Source: Mustelus asterias (taxonomy: Eukaryota). From it: a stretch of DNA of 36,520 bases. Under the pieces are notes generated by a model that was not told the origin of the DNA, did not search any database, and saw only the letters and a list, made by a program, of their open reading frames with translations. Positions 23,719 through 33,733 of the stretch are shown one piece after another (within the stretch, counting starts at the first letter, position 1; each line of letters starts with the position of its first letter). Made by a program: the position numbers and the translations under genes. The DNA lies in NCBI RefSeq assembly GCF_964213995.1, contig NW_027590264.1, positions 248,001-284,520 of the forward strand, written 5' to 3'.

Positions 23719-24540
23719 GTGAGTTGTCGTCTCTTTATTACCCTGATCCAGGTTTAATTTTAATCTCGCTTCCTCGGATGAATCAGTTCTGGTTCGATTG
23801 TGGGGTGTGGGGGGGCATCTGGAGTTTGAAACCCTGGGGTTAAAATATCCCGGCTTTGCAGTTAGTCAGAAACAGGTTAACCCTTTGCTGGGTGGCAGAG
23901 AGTAAATTAAATGTCTGTAATATGAAGCTGTCTCAAAGTTAGTTTTAAATCCAAGATAACAGGGATGGGAGACAGAGCGCTGTTCCTAATTGTTGAATAA
24001 AATTCATAGAGGCCTTTATAATTCAGTTTTCAGATGTTCAGACTTTCATTGTGTCCTCTCTGCAGCTTTTCCCCCATTCTGTCTATTTCTCTCTGCTTTC
24101 TCTCTCTCTTTCTCTCCCTTTCCTTCCTCTATCTGTCTCTCTTTTTTATTCCCTCTCTCTCCCTCTTTTTCCCAGGAAGTCATATTTTGTTGGACAATCT
24201 CTCAGTAAAATCTGAGAAGGGGGAATCTTGGGCTCTTGTGCTATTTAATTTAAACATTTTCTGGTATTTTAATATATTTCTCTCTCTTTTACCCAAGAAT
24301 TAATATTTAGATTTTACTGAGAGATTGTGTAACTGAGAAAGGGGAATCCTGGTCTCTTGTGCTATTTGATTTCAACATTTTCTTGTATTTAAATTAATTA
24401 TATTCGATCTCTTCCCAAGGAATTCATATTTAGTTAAACAATCTCTCAGTGAAATCTTAGAAGGGGGAATCCTGGGCTCTTGTGCTATTTAATTTAAACA
24501 TTTTCTTGTACTTTAATTAATTATTTTCTCTTCTCCCCAG

Positions 24541-24642
24541 GAATTTGAATTTTGAAGACTGCAACATGACTCGGAATCCTTGGACAAGGGGCTTTTCTCC
24601 AGAGGAGGATGGATGGACTGAGGCCTGTTCTATAGGCCGCAT
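24541..24642 (+). other. Candidate exon A2, 102 nt, phase 2/2 (NLNFEDCNMTRNPWTRGFSPEEDGWTEACSIGR)
   Basis: Same splice signals and length as A1. Confidence 0.55.
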
Positions 24643-25218
24643 GTGAGTCATCGTCTCTTTATTACAGGGATGGGAGACAGACCGCTGTTCCTAATTGTTG
24701 AATAAAATTCACAGAGGCCTTTACAATTCAGTTTTCAGAAGTTCAAAATTTCATTTCGTCCTCTCTGCAGCTTTTCCCCCATTCTGTCTATTTCCTCTCT
24801 GCTTTCTCTCTCTCCATCCCTTTCCTTCCTCTATCTGTCTCTCTTTTTTATTCCCTCTCTCTCTCCCTCTTTTTCCCAGGAAATAATATTTTGTTGGACA
24901 ATCTGTCAGTAAAATCTGAGAAGGGGGAATCTTGGGCTCTTGTGCTATTTAATTTAAACATTTTCTGGTATTTTAATATATTTCTCTCTCTTTTACCCAA
25001 GAATTAATATTTAGATTTTACTGAGAGATTGTGTAACTGAGAAAGGGGAATCCTGGGCTCTTGTGTATTAAATTTAAACATTTTCTTGTATTTAAATTAA
25101 TTATATTCGATCTCTTCCCAAGGAATTAATATTTAGTTGGACAATCTCTCAGTGAAATCTTAGCTCTTGTGCTAAACATTTTCTTGTATTTTAATTAATT
25201 ATTTTCTCTTCTCCCCAG

Positions 25219-25320
25219 GAATTTGAATTTTGAAGACTGCAATGTGACTCAGAATCCTTGGACAAGGGGCTTTTCTCCAGAGGAGGATGGATGGACTGAG
25301 GCCTGTTCTTTAGGCCGCAA
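25219..25320 (+). other. Candidate exon A3, 102 nt, phase 2/2 (NLNFEDCNVTQNPWTRGFSPEEDGWTEACSLGR)
   Basis: ccccag|GAATT...CGCAA|gtgagt. Confidence 0.55.
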
Positions 25321-25775
25321 GTGAGTTGTCGTCTCTTTATTACCCTGATCCAGGTTTAATTTTAGTCTCGCTTTCTTGGACGAACCAGTTCTGGTTCGAT
25401 TGTGGGATGGGGTGGGGTGGAGTTTAAAACCCTGGGGTTAAAATATCCCGGCTTTGCAATTAGTCACAAACAGGTTAACCCTTTGCTGGGTGGCAAAGAG
25501 TAAATTAAATATCTGTAATATGAAACTGTCTAAAAGTTTGATGCAAATCCAAAATAACAGGGGTGGGAGAGAGTGATTTACCCGAATGTTAAATAAGATT
25601 CACAGAGGACATTACAATTCAATTTTCTGAAGTTCAGCCATTACATTTATCTTCCCCTCTGCAGCTTTCTTCCCCATTCTATTTAGCTCTGCTTTTCTCT
25701 CTGTCTCTCTCTCCAGTATTTTTCCCCTATCTTCAGCTTTCTCTCCCTTCCTGTTTCTTTCCATTCATCTCTCCC

Positions 25776-25983
25776 TCTCGAGCATTCTTCCATATCTGTC
25801 CATCACTCACCAGAATGTCTCTCTCTCCCTCTCGAGCATTCTTCCATATCTGTCTATCACTCTCCAGAATGTCTCTCTCTCGAGCGTTCTTCCATATCTG
25901 TCCATCACTCTCCAGAATGTCTCTCTCCGTCGAGCATTCTTCCATATCTGTCTTTCACTCTCCAGAATGTCTCTCTCTCTCTC
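25776..25983. repeat. Minisatellite, four copies of ~48-54 bp (TCGAGCATTCTTCCATATCTGTCCATCACTCTCCAGAATGTCTCTCTC)
   Basis: Seen directly. Confidence 0.9.
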
Positions 25984-26682
25984 TGGCTCCATCTTCCTTT
26001 GTGTCTCTTTAAACCTTTAATCAACAAAAACTGTGTTATTGTAAACAGGGAGACAGGAATATGGCATCGCTCATTTCAATGCAGAGTACATGAGAGAGAG
26101 GGAAAGAAACAGCTATGGACAGAGACAACGAGTGAGAAAGAGAGGGGACAGGGACAAGGATCTAGACAGGAACATCCATCTTTACACTGAGTGAGAGAGA
26201 CAGGAGCAGAGGGAGAAAAGAGAGGGAGATAGTGAAAGGGAGATGGAGGGAGTTGTAGAAACCAATCCCGGGAGGGCGATTTTAAAAAGTGTCCCGAAGG
26301 AATCAGCAGCCCCTTCCCAAACTGAAAGAGGGAGATGAGCAGCTCCTGGAGTCTGAGAGGGAGACAGGGATGGACTGGGGGGTTGTGGATATTTGAATTC
26401 AGTTTTAGGAGATTCTGTTTGTAGACTTCTCTCTCTCTGTTCATGCCATTCTGATGTTTCTGAGAGATTGTGTAACTGAGAAGGGGGAATCCTGCGTTTC
26501 GGTGAGATTTAATTTCAATGGTTTCTTGTATTTAATTAATTTTCTCTCTCTTTTCCCCAAGAATTCATATCTAGTTAGACAATCTCTCAGTAAAATCTGA
26601 GAAGGGGAATCCTGGGCTCTTGTGCTATTTAATTTAAATATTTTCTTGTATTTTAATTAACTATTTTCTCTCTTCTCCCCAG

Positions 26683-26784
26683 GAATTTGAATTTTGAAGA
26701 CTGCAACGGGACTCGGAATCCTTGGACAAGGGGCTTTTCTCCAGAGGAGGATGGATGGACTGAAGCCTGTTCTATAGGCCGCAT
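26683..26784 (+). other. Candidate exon A4, 102 nt, phase 2/2 (NLNFEDCNGTRNPWTRGFSPEEDGWTEACSIGR)
   Basis: tcttctccccag|GAATT...CGCAT|gtgagt. Confidence 0.55.
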
Positions 26785-27297
26785 GTGAGTTGTTGTCTCT
26801 TTATTATCCTGATCCAGGTTTAATTTTAATCTTGCTTCCTCGGATTCGATTGTGGGGAGGGGGGGCTGGAGTTTGAAACCCTGGGGTTAAAATATCCCGG
26901 CTTTGCAATTAGTCGCAAACACGTTAACCCTTTGGTGGGTGGCAGAGTAAATTATGTATGAAACTGTCTATAAGTTTGCTTTAAATCTAAAATAACAGGG
27001 GTCGGAGACAGAGCAATGAACCTAATTGTTGAATAAAATTCACAGAGGCCTTTACAATTCAGTTAACAGATGTTCAGATTTTCATTTCATCCTCTCCACA
27101 GCTTTTCCCCCATTCTGTCTATTTCTCTCTGCTTTTCTCTCCATTTCCTTCCTCTCTCTGCCTCTCTTTAATCTCTCTCTCTCCCTCTTTTTCCCAGGAA
27201 TTAATATTTAGTTGGACAATCTCTCAGTAAAACCTGGAAAGGGGCAATCCTGGGATTTTGTGCTGTGTAATTTTCATTCTGGGTGTCCCGGGGGGTT

Positions 27298-29170
27298 TGA
27301 TTTCACTGTCTCAGCCCCTCTCTGCCTCACTCTCTCTCTCTCTCTGTATAAACTTTTCCCAAATTACAAAACACTCAACACAGCTGACTGCACCTTGTGG
27401 GATCTTGCTGGGGATTTTGTTTTAAAAAGGGGTGTTTTCTCAGAGGCAGTTTAAACCTTTCAGGGGACTGCGGGGAAGTCTCCAGACTTGGGACAACACA
27501 CACACAGGGTTGGGGGCTGGGGTTGGCGGGCGGGGAGGTGGGCAGTCAGGTATACTGGTATTCTGGGAGACTGATATTCCCAACAAGGGCCAGAGGTCTC
27601 AGTGCTGAAACATATTAAACTGTTCAAACAGAGGCAGGCAGAAAGCCATGAGGCTTCAGAGCTCCCTGTAGATGCAAAGGTAACTCTGTCAAAAAGTAGC
27701 CACATGTGAAGTGGAAACACCTTCCCTCAGCTTGTTACACACTGACCTTTCCACAACCCCAACATGTTTACAAACACTCGCTGCAGTTTCTGCAAACTTT
27801 GTATCAAACTGCCTCCCATTCTGCTCAATACTGACCCCCTCTCAACCTGGCACTGAACTAGTGTCTGAATTGAGACAGAGACACAGACAGAGGTTTTAAA
27901 GTTGAAAGTTTTAAAGTTTGATTATTAGTGTCACAAGTAAGGCTTACATTAACACTGCAATGAAGTTACTGAGAGAGACAGAGACACACAGAGACAGAGA
28001 CATAGATAAAGAGACAGAGAGGATATTTAAAGTTTTAAAGTTTGTTTATTCGTGTCACAAGTAAGGCTTACATTAACGCTGCAGTTACTGAGAGAGACAG
28101 AAAGAGAGAGTTTTTAAAGTTGAAAGATTTAAAGTTTATTTCTTAGTGTCACAAGGCTTACATTAACACTGCAATGAAGTTAGTGAGAAAGACAGAGATA
28201 GAGGGAGCATCCAGAGTGGGTTCAGTAACACATTTATTGATCAGATATCTCTCTCTGTGACTCTTTAGCGATGAGATATTCAGCCAGGATGGTTTCACTG
28301 ACCCTCTTCAGCAGGCAGATATTCCCAAATCCAGCCCAGGTCTCAGACACACACACCACTCACACATTCCCTCTGCTCTGTCCAAGGGAATATTTTAATC
28401 CAGGAATTTCTATTTTATATTTACAGGGTGAGGGGGGGGAGAAACTCAACTCAAAAATCCTGCAGTCTCTCCAAGCTGCTTTTAAATTTCAATTCAAACC
28501 CTGGGCCACATGGGAAGCTGCAGAGATTGGGAAACTTACCAAACCCAGTTTGTGTGTGTGAGTGTCTGCAGCTTTTGTGTCTTTGAACTTGCGAGGGTGC
28601 CAGGGAGAGAATGTCACTGTCTTCACCTCTCTCTCTGCCTCTCTGTATAAAAATAATCACCAAATTAAACCACACTCAATAATGCGACCATACACAATTA
28701 ATTATCAAATATCTGTCTCTCTCGCTTTATCTCTGTCTCTCCCCGTCTCTCTCTCTCCCTGTCCTCTCTCTCCCTGTCTCTTCTCGAGCAGAAACAGATG
28801 GAGACAGAGAGGGAGAGAGAGGGAGGAAGAGGGAGGGATGGAAACAGCTGGAGTTGTGGGTTAGATGCAGGGGGAGAGACACAGGCTGTTGGAGGGAGGG
28901 GGGGTTTCAGTGAGGGACAGGGTCTCCAGTTTAATTCTGAGGGTCCTGAGAGAGGGATTTCACTGTCTCAGCCCCTCTCTGGCTCCCTCACTCTGTATAA
29001 ACAATTCTCAAATTAAAAAACGCTCAACACAGCTGACTGCACTTTGTGGGATCTTGCTGTGCACCACAGGGATTTTAGTTTTAAAAAGGGTTACTTTTAA
29101 GAGGGAGTTCCAGCCTTTCTGGAGATTTGGGATGATGCAGACACACACACACACACACACACAGGGTAGT
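27298..29170 (+). repeat. Dispersed duplicated block with TATAAA (27298-27510, 28613-28680 partial, 28958-29170)
   Basis: TTTCACTGTCTCAGCCCCTCTCTG...CTCTGTATAAA...CTCAACACAGCTGACTGCAC.TTGTGGGATCTTGCTG is shared. Confidence 0.85.
27894..28185 (-). mobile_element. Three tandem copies of a SINE 3'-tail fragment (same tail as 21783)
   Basis: AAAGTTT..TT..TAGTGTCACAAGTAAGGCTTACATTAACACTGCAATGAAGTTACTG at 27894-27971, 28027-28091 and 28112-28185. Confidence 0.88.
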
Positions 29171-29409
29171 GAGTGGGGAAGGGGGCTCACAGCAGGCAAG
29201 AGAGTGGGGAACGGGTGGGGGAAGGACTGTGTCCCATCTGATTCAGGTTCACATTGCTGCTGCTACTGTGGGATCTTGCTGTGCACACACTGGGCCTGTG
29301 GCCTTTGCCTGCACAGCAACAGCGCCCACACTTTTTATTTTCAAACAAAGTCTGGCTCAGGGACCGCAAAGTGGGTTCAAGGAAAAAGCTTGAAAAGGGG
29401 TCGGGTAAA

Positions 29410-29543
29410 TTCAAGCACTTTAATCGCCAAGGCATCGTAGGCTCTGGAGCAAGTGCTGGGGAATGGGAGGAGGATAGATTGGGATTTGATGGCCAGCATG
29501 GAGCTGGTGGGCCGAAGGGCCTGTTTCTGTGCTGTGTGACTCC
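29410..29543 (+). mobile_element. Old CR1 3'-end fragment
   Basis: GGCCAGCATGGA..TGGTGGGCCGAAGGGCCTGTTTCTGTGCTGT. Confidence 0.75.
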
Positions 29544-30201
29544 AGATTCTTTTCTCTCTCTCTTTTCCCAGGAATTTCTATTTGGATGGGGGGGGGGGGT
29601 ATAGAATTTCTCTGTCTCTCCAGTGTTCTTACCAATCCCAGCACCCCTCCCCTCCCCTCTCTCTCTCCCCAGACATTCCTGTCTATATTTCATCTTTCAA
29701 TAAAATGTTTAAGAAAACACCAATGTGAATTGTTGTCAATTTAATTTGGGAAGAGAGAGAGAGAGAGAGGAGTGGATCCCATTTCCCACACACTCTCCTG
29801 CAGTCCTCACCCACAACATTTATTTAATCTGGCCCTCACCAGGTTGTGTGTGTGGGATCTTGCTGTGCACACAGGTGGGTCTGGCTCCCTATTCCTCGCA
29901 CTGTGACCGTGAGCAGAACTTTAAACAGGAAAGATTGAGGGGAAGGAGAAGGGTTGGGGAGGCGGAGGAGGCAGAGAGAGAGAGATAGAGAAATGGAGGG
30001 AGAGCTAAACAGAGAGGGGGTGGGGGAGGTGTGAGAGGGTCTCAGGAGGGGCAGGGGGAAAGAGACACAGTCTGGGGGTGTCCTCCTCCACTGTGGGACT
30101 GGCAGTGGGATCTTGCTGTGCAGAATTACCTTCATTGTCATTTGAATCATTCATTCATTGACTAAGGGAGGGTGGGTGTGTGATTGTGGGATTATAAATA
30201 T

Positions 30202-31251
30202 TGTTACCACTCTGAGGTGATGTTTCCCTCTGCGCTATTTTGTAACCCCCTAAAGGGATACACCTCGCCTCGTAATCTTAAATAAGTGTGTGTGAGACAG
30301 GAGGAAGCGACTGGTTTTAGACATTCAATCCCTACAGTGCAGAAGGAGGTCATTCGGCCCATCTAGTCTGTACCGACCACAATCCCACCCAGGCCCTATT
30401 CCCGTAACCCCACACTTTTAACCTGCTAATCCCCCTGACACTGGGGTCAATTTAACACGGCCAATCCACCGAACCCGCACAGCTTTGGACTGTGGGAGAA
30501 ATTGGTAAATTAAAGCAAGATCTGACACTCTCTCCATCAGGAACAACCAAACAGGTCTTTAATTTAGACTGGGTGACAACCTTATTAAAACAATGAACAA
30601 ACTGAATAAACTCCCCAGTAGAATGCTGTTCCAAGGACAAGACTCACTCAGGAATAATGAAATAAATCATTACAGAATAGAGTCACCCTCGAATAACCAG
30701 GCGTCTGTTGGAAGTGTGAACTTGCTTCTGCTGCTTGGGTCTGGAATACTTTCTGAGTTGGTTTCTGCTTCTATTTAGATGGTGATGTGATGAAGCTGTA
30801 TATATTACTGCAGGATTCAGTATCAGACTCTCCCCCCTTCAATCTAAAGAGGCAGCAAGGTCGCTCCCTCCCCGTTATTTCCCCCTGTCCCGGGTTTAAA
30901 TACCCAGAATTTCCTCACAGTATTCCTGCAATTTGAGTGGCTTGAGGCTGTCACCAACGCCCCAATTTGAATGCAATTGGTTGTGTGCGTTTGAGAGCTT
31001 GTTTTAAAATCATTGGTCCAGTTCAAAGCCTGTTTTGCTCTGCTGGGACTCTGGCTGCTGCTTTGGACACAAATGTTGTAAAGTTGTGTTCTGCAGCCTG
31101 CTTTCTGCAGTTTAAAATCCCCAGCACAGAGACACAGGCTTTCTAAAGACACAACGCTGGATGGTTCGTTTTGGTTTTCTCAGCATTTCTTTTCAATATT
31201 TACATTTGTCAAACACCACATTTTTAACCTGATATACGCAACTTCATAACA
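30202..31251 (-). mobile_element. Solo LTR (Ty3/Gypsy- or ERV-like) with TGTTA...TAACA termini and 4-bp TSD ATAT
   Basis: TGTTACC starts at 30202 and CATAACA ends at 31251. ATAT occurs at 30198-30201 and 31252-31255. The minus strand has CCAAT boxes (~31015, ~30978), TATTTAAA (~30903-30896) and ATTAAA (~30563-30558). Confidence 0.75.
30322..30498 (-). mobile_element. HE1-type SINE fragment nested in the solo LTR
   Basis: CCCTACAGTGCAGAAGGAGGTCATTCGGCCCATC...GGCCAATCCACC..ACCCGCACA.CTTTGGACTGTGGGAG. Confidence 0.88.
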
Positions 31252-31341
31252 ATATTAGACAGGGAGAGAGAGATCGGGAGAGACAGAGAGAAAGTCACAC
31301 AAAGAGAGAGAGAGACAGGGAGACAGAGAGAGAGAGAGAGT

Positions 31342-31443
31342 CACATGGAGTAATGAGGATGGGGCCTGGATGGGAATGTGGTTGGTGTAGACCTGATGGG
31401 CCGAATGGCCTCCTTCTGTACTGTAGGATTCTGTGATTCTGTA
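31342..31443 (+). mobile_element. HE1-type SINE 3' tail
   Basis: GATGGGCCGAATGGCCTCCTTCTGTACTGTAGGATTCTGTGATTCTGT. Confidence 0.82.
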
Positions 31444-31614
31444 ATGGGGGCTGCGTGCGGTGTGAGGGGAGGGTGGAAGGGGACAGGGGGTGGGGGCAGC
31501 ACTGGTTCCCTTTTCCCCCCTCCCTCCTCCCAGGCCCTGTCCGGGAGGTTTCGGGGCTGGAGGGGATTGTTCTGGTGAACTGGCCGGGGCCTGGGGAACC
31601 TGTTCTTTGTCCAG

Positions 31615-31760
31615 GATGTATAATGCAGCCTCTGTGACCAGGCCTCAATCCCAGGCCTAACCTCAGGAAGGCTTTTGCATTTTGCTCCTTTTCCAAACAG
31701 TGCCTGTGTTTAAATCGATGGGACTCGACGGTCGAATAAAACCTGCAGCAGTCACTTTAA
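31615..31760 (+). other. Candidate terminal exon B1 (phase 2: MYNAASVTRPQSQA*, AATAAA 31735-31740)
   Basis: Acceptor cctgttctttgtccag|G, stop 31658-31660, polyA signal. Paralogous to B2. Confidence 0.35.
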
Positions 31761-31761
31761 T

Positions 31762-32217
31762 ACAAAGAACAGCACAGCACAGGAACAGGTCCTTTGGCCC
31801 TCCAAGCCTGCGCCGATCATGTTTACCTATCGAGACCAATGGCCTGTATCCCTCTCTACCCCGTTTGTTCATGTGTCTATCCAGATAAGTCTTAAATGTC
31901 ACTAATGTATCTGCCCCAACCACCTCACTTGGCAGCGCATTCCAGGCCCCCACCACCCTCTGTGTAAAAACCTTCCCCGCACATCTCCACTCAACCTTTC
32001 CCCCCTTATCTTGAACTTGTTCCCCCTTGTAATTATCATTTCTGTCCTGGGAAAAAGCTCCCAACTGTTTATCCTCGCCACACCCCTCATAATTTTATAA
32101 ACTTCCAGCTGGTCGTCCCTCAGCCTCCGTCTTTCCAGGGAGAACAATCCCAGTTTATTCAATCAATCCTCACAGCCAATACCCTCCATACCAGGCAACA
32201 TCCTGGTCAACCCTTTC
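31762..32217 (-). mobile_element. 5'-truncated CR1 LINE 3' fragment
   Basis: Minus-strand ORFs LGLFSLERRRLRDD and FTQRVVGAWNALP, with a CTGTGCTGTGCTGTTCTTTGT tail. Confidence 0.92.
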
Positions 32218-32479
32218 ATTGGATTTGGGATGTGATTGTGGGTTTTCCTGCTATATCTCTTTCTCTTCAATCTTTCTCCCGTGATTGTGAGTTATCAGGG
32301 AGGGAGAGAGAGAGAGAGAGAGAAAGGGATGGTAACAGAGAGAGAGGGAGAGAGGGCAAAGGCAGAGGGGCAGGGAGAGGAGAGAGATTGGAGGGGAGTG
32401 GGTTAGAGGGGGGCGGGGGGGGGGGGGAGCCTCCGCTGTGCACTCACAGCCCAGCAGCTCCCCAGTCTCTGGTTCGGTG

Positions 32480-32603
32480 CATTAACCCACTCTGGTGCAT
32501 TAACAGGCGCCAGAGTGTGGCGACTAGGAGAATTTCACAGTAACTTCATTGCAGTGTTAATGTAAGCCTTACTTGTGACTAAGAAATAAACTTTACTTTA
32601 CTC
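32480..32603 (+). mobile_element. V-SINE 3' fragment (same family as 21783)
   Basis: AACAGGCGCCAGAGTGTGGCGACTAGG..ATTTCACAGTAACTTCATTGCAGTGTTAATGTAAGCCTTACTTGTGACT..AAATAAACTTTACTTTAC. Confidence 0.88.
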
Positions 32604-33733
32604 TGAGATAAAGACCCTCACTCACAGCCTCCCAGAAGGTGGGATTTAGAAACAGCGACTGTGTAACTGAGGCTGAATCTGTGCTGTTGTGTTTGAAAAT
32701 ACATTGCAGTGAGAGAGAGATCTGGCTTTGCAGGAGGAGCTTCCCTCCCCATTTCCCCACGGAAATCACTGAGAAATAGCAAGCGTGGCCCACAACACGT
32801 CATTATTTGAAACGGTCAGACAGAAACTTATCAGAGAGAGCATTTTAATCCCCATTCATCCCCAGACGGAGAAACAGAGCAGAGATCAGGACAGATTATC
32901 CAGAGTAGGAGAGACCGGGGCAGAGATGGGGTTTGGATATATATAGATCTGGGGGGAAAGCAAAAGAGACACAGAGGGGGCTGGACAGGTTCAGAGATAG
33001 AGGCAGAGAAACAGGCAGAGAGAAAGAAACAGCGAGAGACAGAGGGAATGGGAGAGGTGTGACTGTGCTCGAAGTGGAAGGTTCCCTGTTCATATTGAAT
33101 GTACAAACAGCCCCAATCCTGGAGTGACTTGTCATTATTTTTATTTGGGGTGGGGGAAGAGATGGAGGGGGGGAGCAAGGGAGAGAGAGGGAGAAGTGTG
33201 GTTCCCTCATTGCCCACTCACTTTAGCCCAATCCTCACTTAAAAATCACTTTGTATCTGGCCCTGCCCAGACTGTGTGTGTGGGATCTTGCTGTGCCCTC
33301 CTCCCCGCCCCATATTCCCTGCACTGTGACAGCGCCCCACACTTTAAACATGAAAAGATGGAGAGGAAGGAGGGTGGGGTAGAGAGAGAGGAACAGAGAA
33401 TGGGTGGGGAGTGTGGGGGGGCTCAGGGGAGGGGGGGTAGGGGGATAGAGACAGAGTCTCTGGGGGTGGGGGGTGTCCTCCTGCAGTGTGGGACTCCCTG
33501 TGGGATCCTGATTGCAGCATTCCCAGTCTCTCTCTCTCTCTCACTGTGAAGCACTCGGGAGGGAGAGGGAGCTGAAATTCAAATTCCTGAGCCTGGGGGA
33601 AAGGCTTGTTCTCAATCCCAGAGTCCTGCTTGTGTTTTTAGACAGGGCGCTGGGATTTGTGGGTGTGGATGGAGAAGATTGTTCTGTTTAACTGGGGGGT
33701 GGGAGAGAGGGGGGTTTGTTCTTTCTACCTGAG

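Larger units (their letters stand above)
23393..27280 (+). repeat. Nested tandem duplication: four ~0.7-1.5-kb units, each with 2-3 copies of a ~120-bp splice-acceptor module, a 102-nt cassette and a spacer
   Basis: The module core GAGAAGGGGGAATCCTGGGCTCTTGTGCTATTTAATTTAAA..TTTTCTTGTATTTTAAT..TTTTCTCT..CCC(A)AG(G)AATT occurs ~11 times. The spacer motif AAACCCTGGGGTTAAAATATCCCGGCTTTGCA occurs at ~23830, 25428 and 26876. Confidence 0.93.

Noticed and set aside
26280-26345. FGKG motif as a TCR/Ig J segment (minus strand)
   Set aside because: It lacks the FGxGT-x-L-x-V continuation, an upstream RSS and a downstream donor.
23509-27235. Recombinase-driven, shufflon-like DNA inversion of the 26-bp segment
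   Set aside because: There are no flanking inverted recombination sites beyond AG/CT, the segment is very short, and no recombinase is present. A single historical inversion plus duplication explains the pattern.
30780-30830. C/D snoRNA (GTGATGA box C)
   Set aside because: It lies within the solo LTR, and no box D with a terminal stem was found at a suitable distance.
31622-31681. SECIS element
   Set aside because: GTGA is present, but the opposing GA of the kink-turn and the correct helix spacing are missing.
29878-33550. CACTGTG heptamers (29899, 30089, 33322, 33542) as recombination signal sequences
   Set aside because: No convincing GGTTTTTGT nonamer at 12/23 spacing, and no V/D/J coding sequence.
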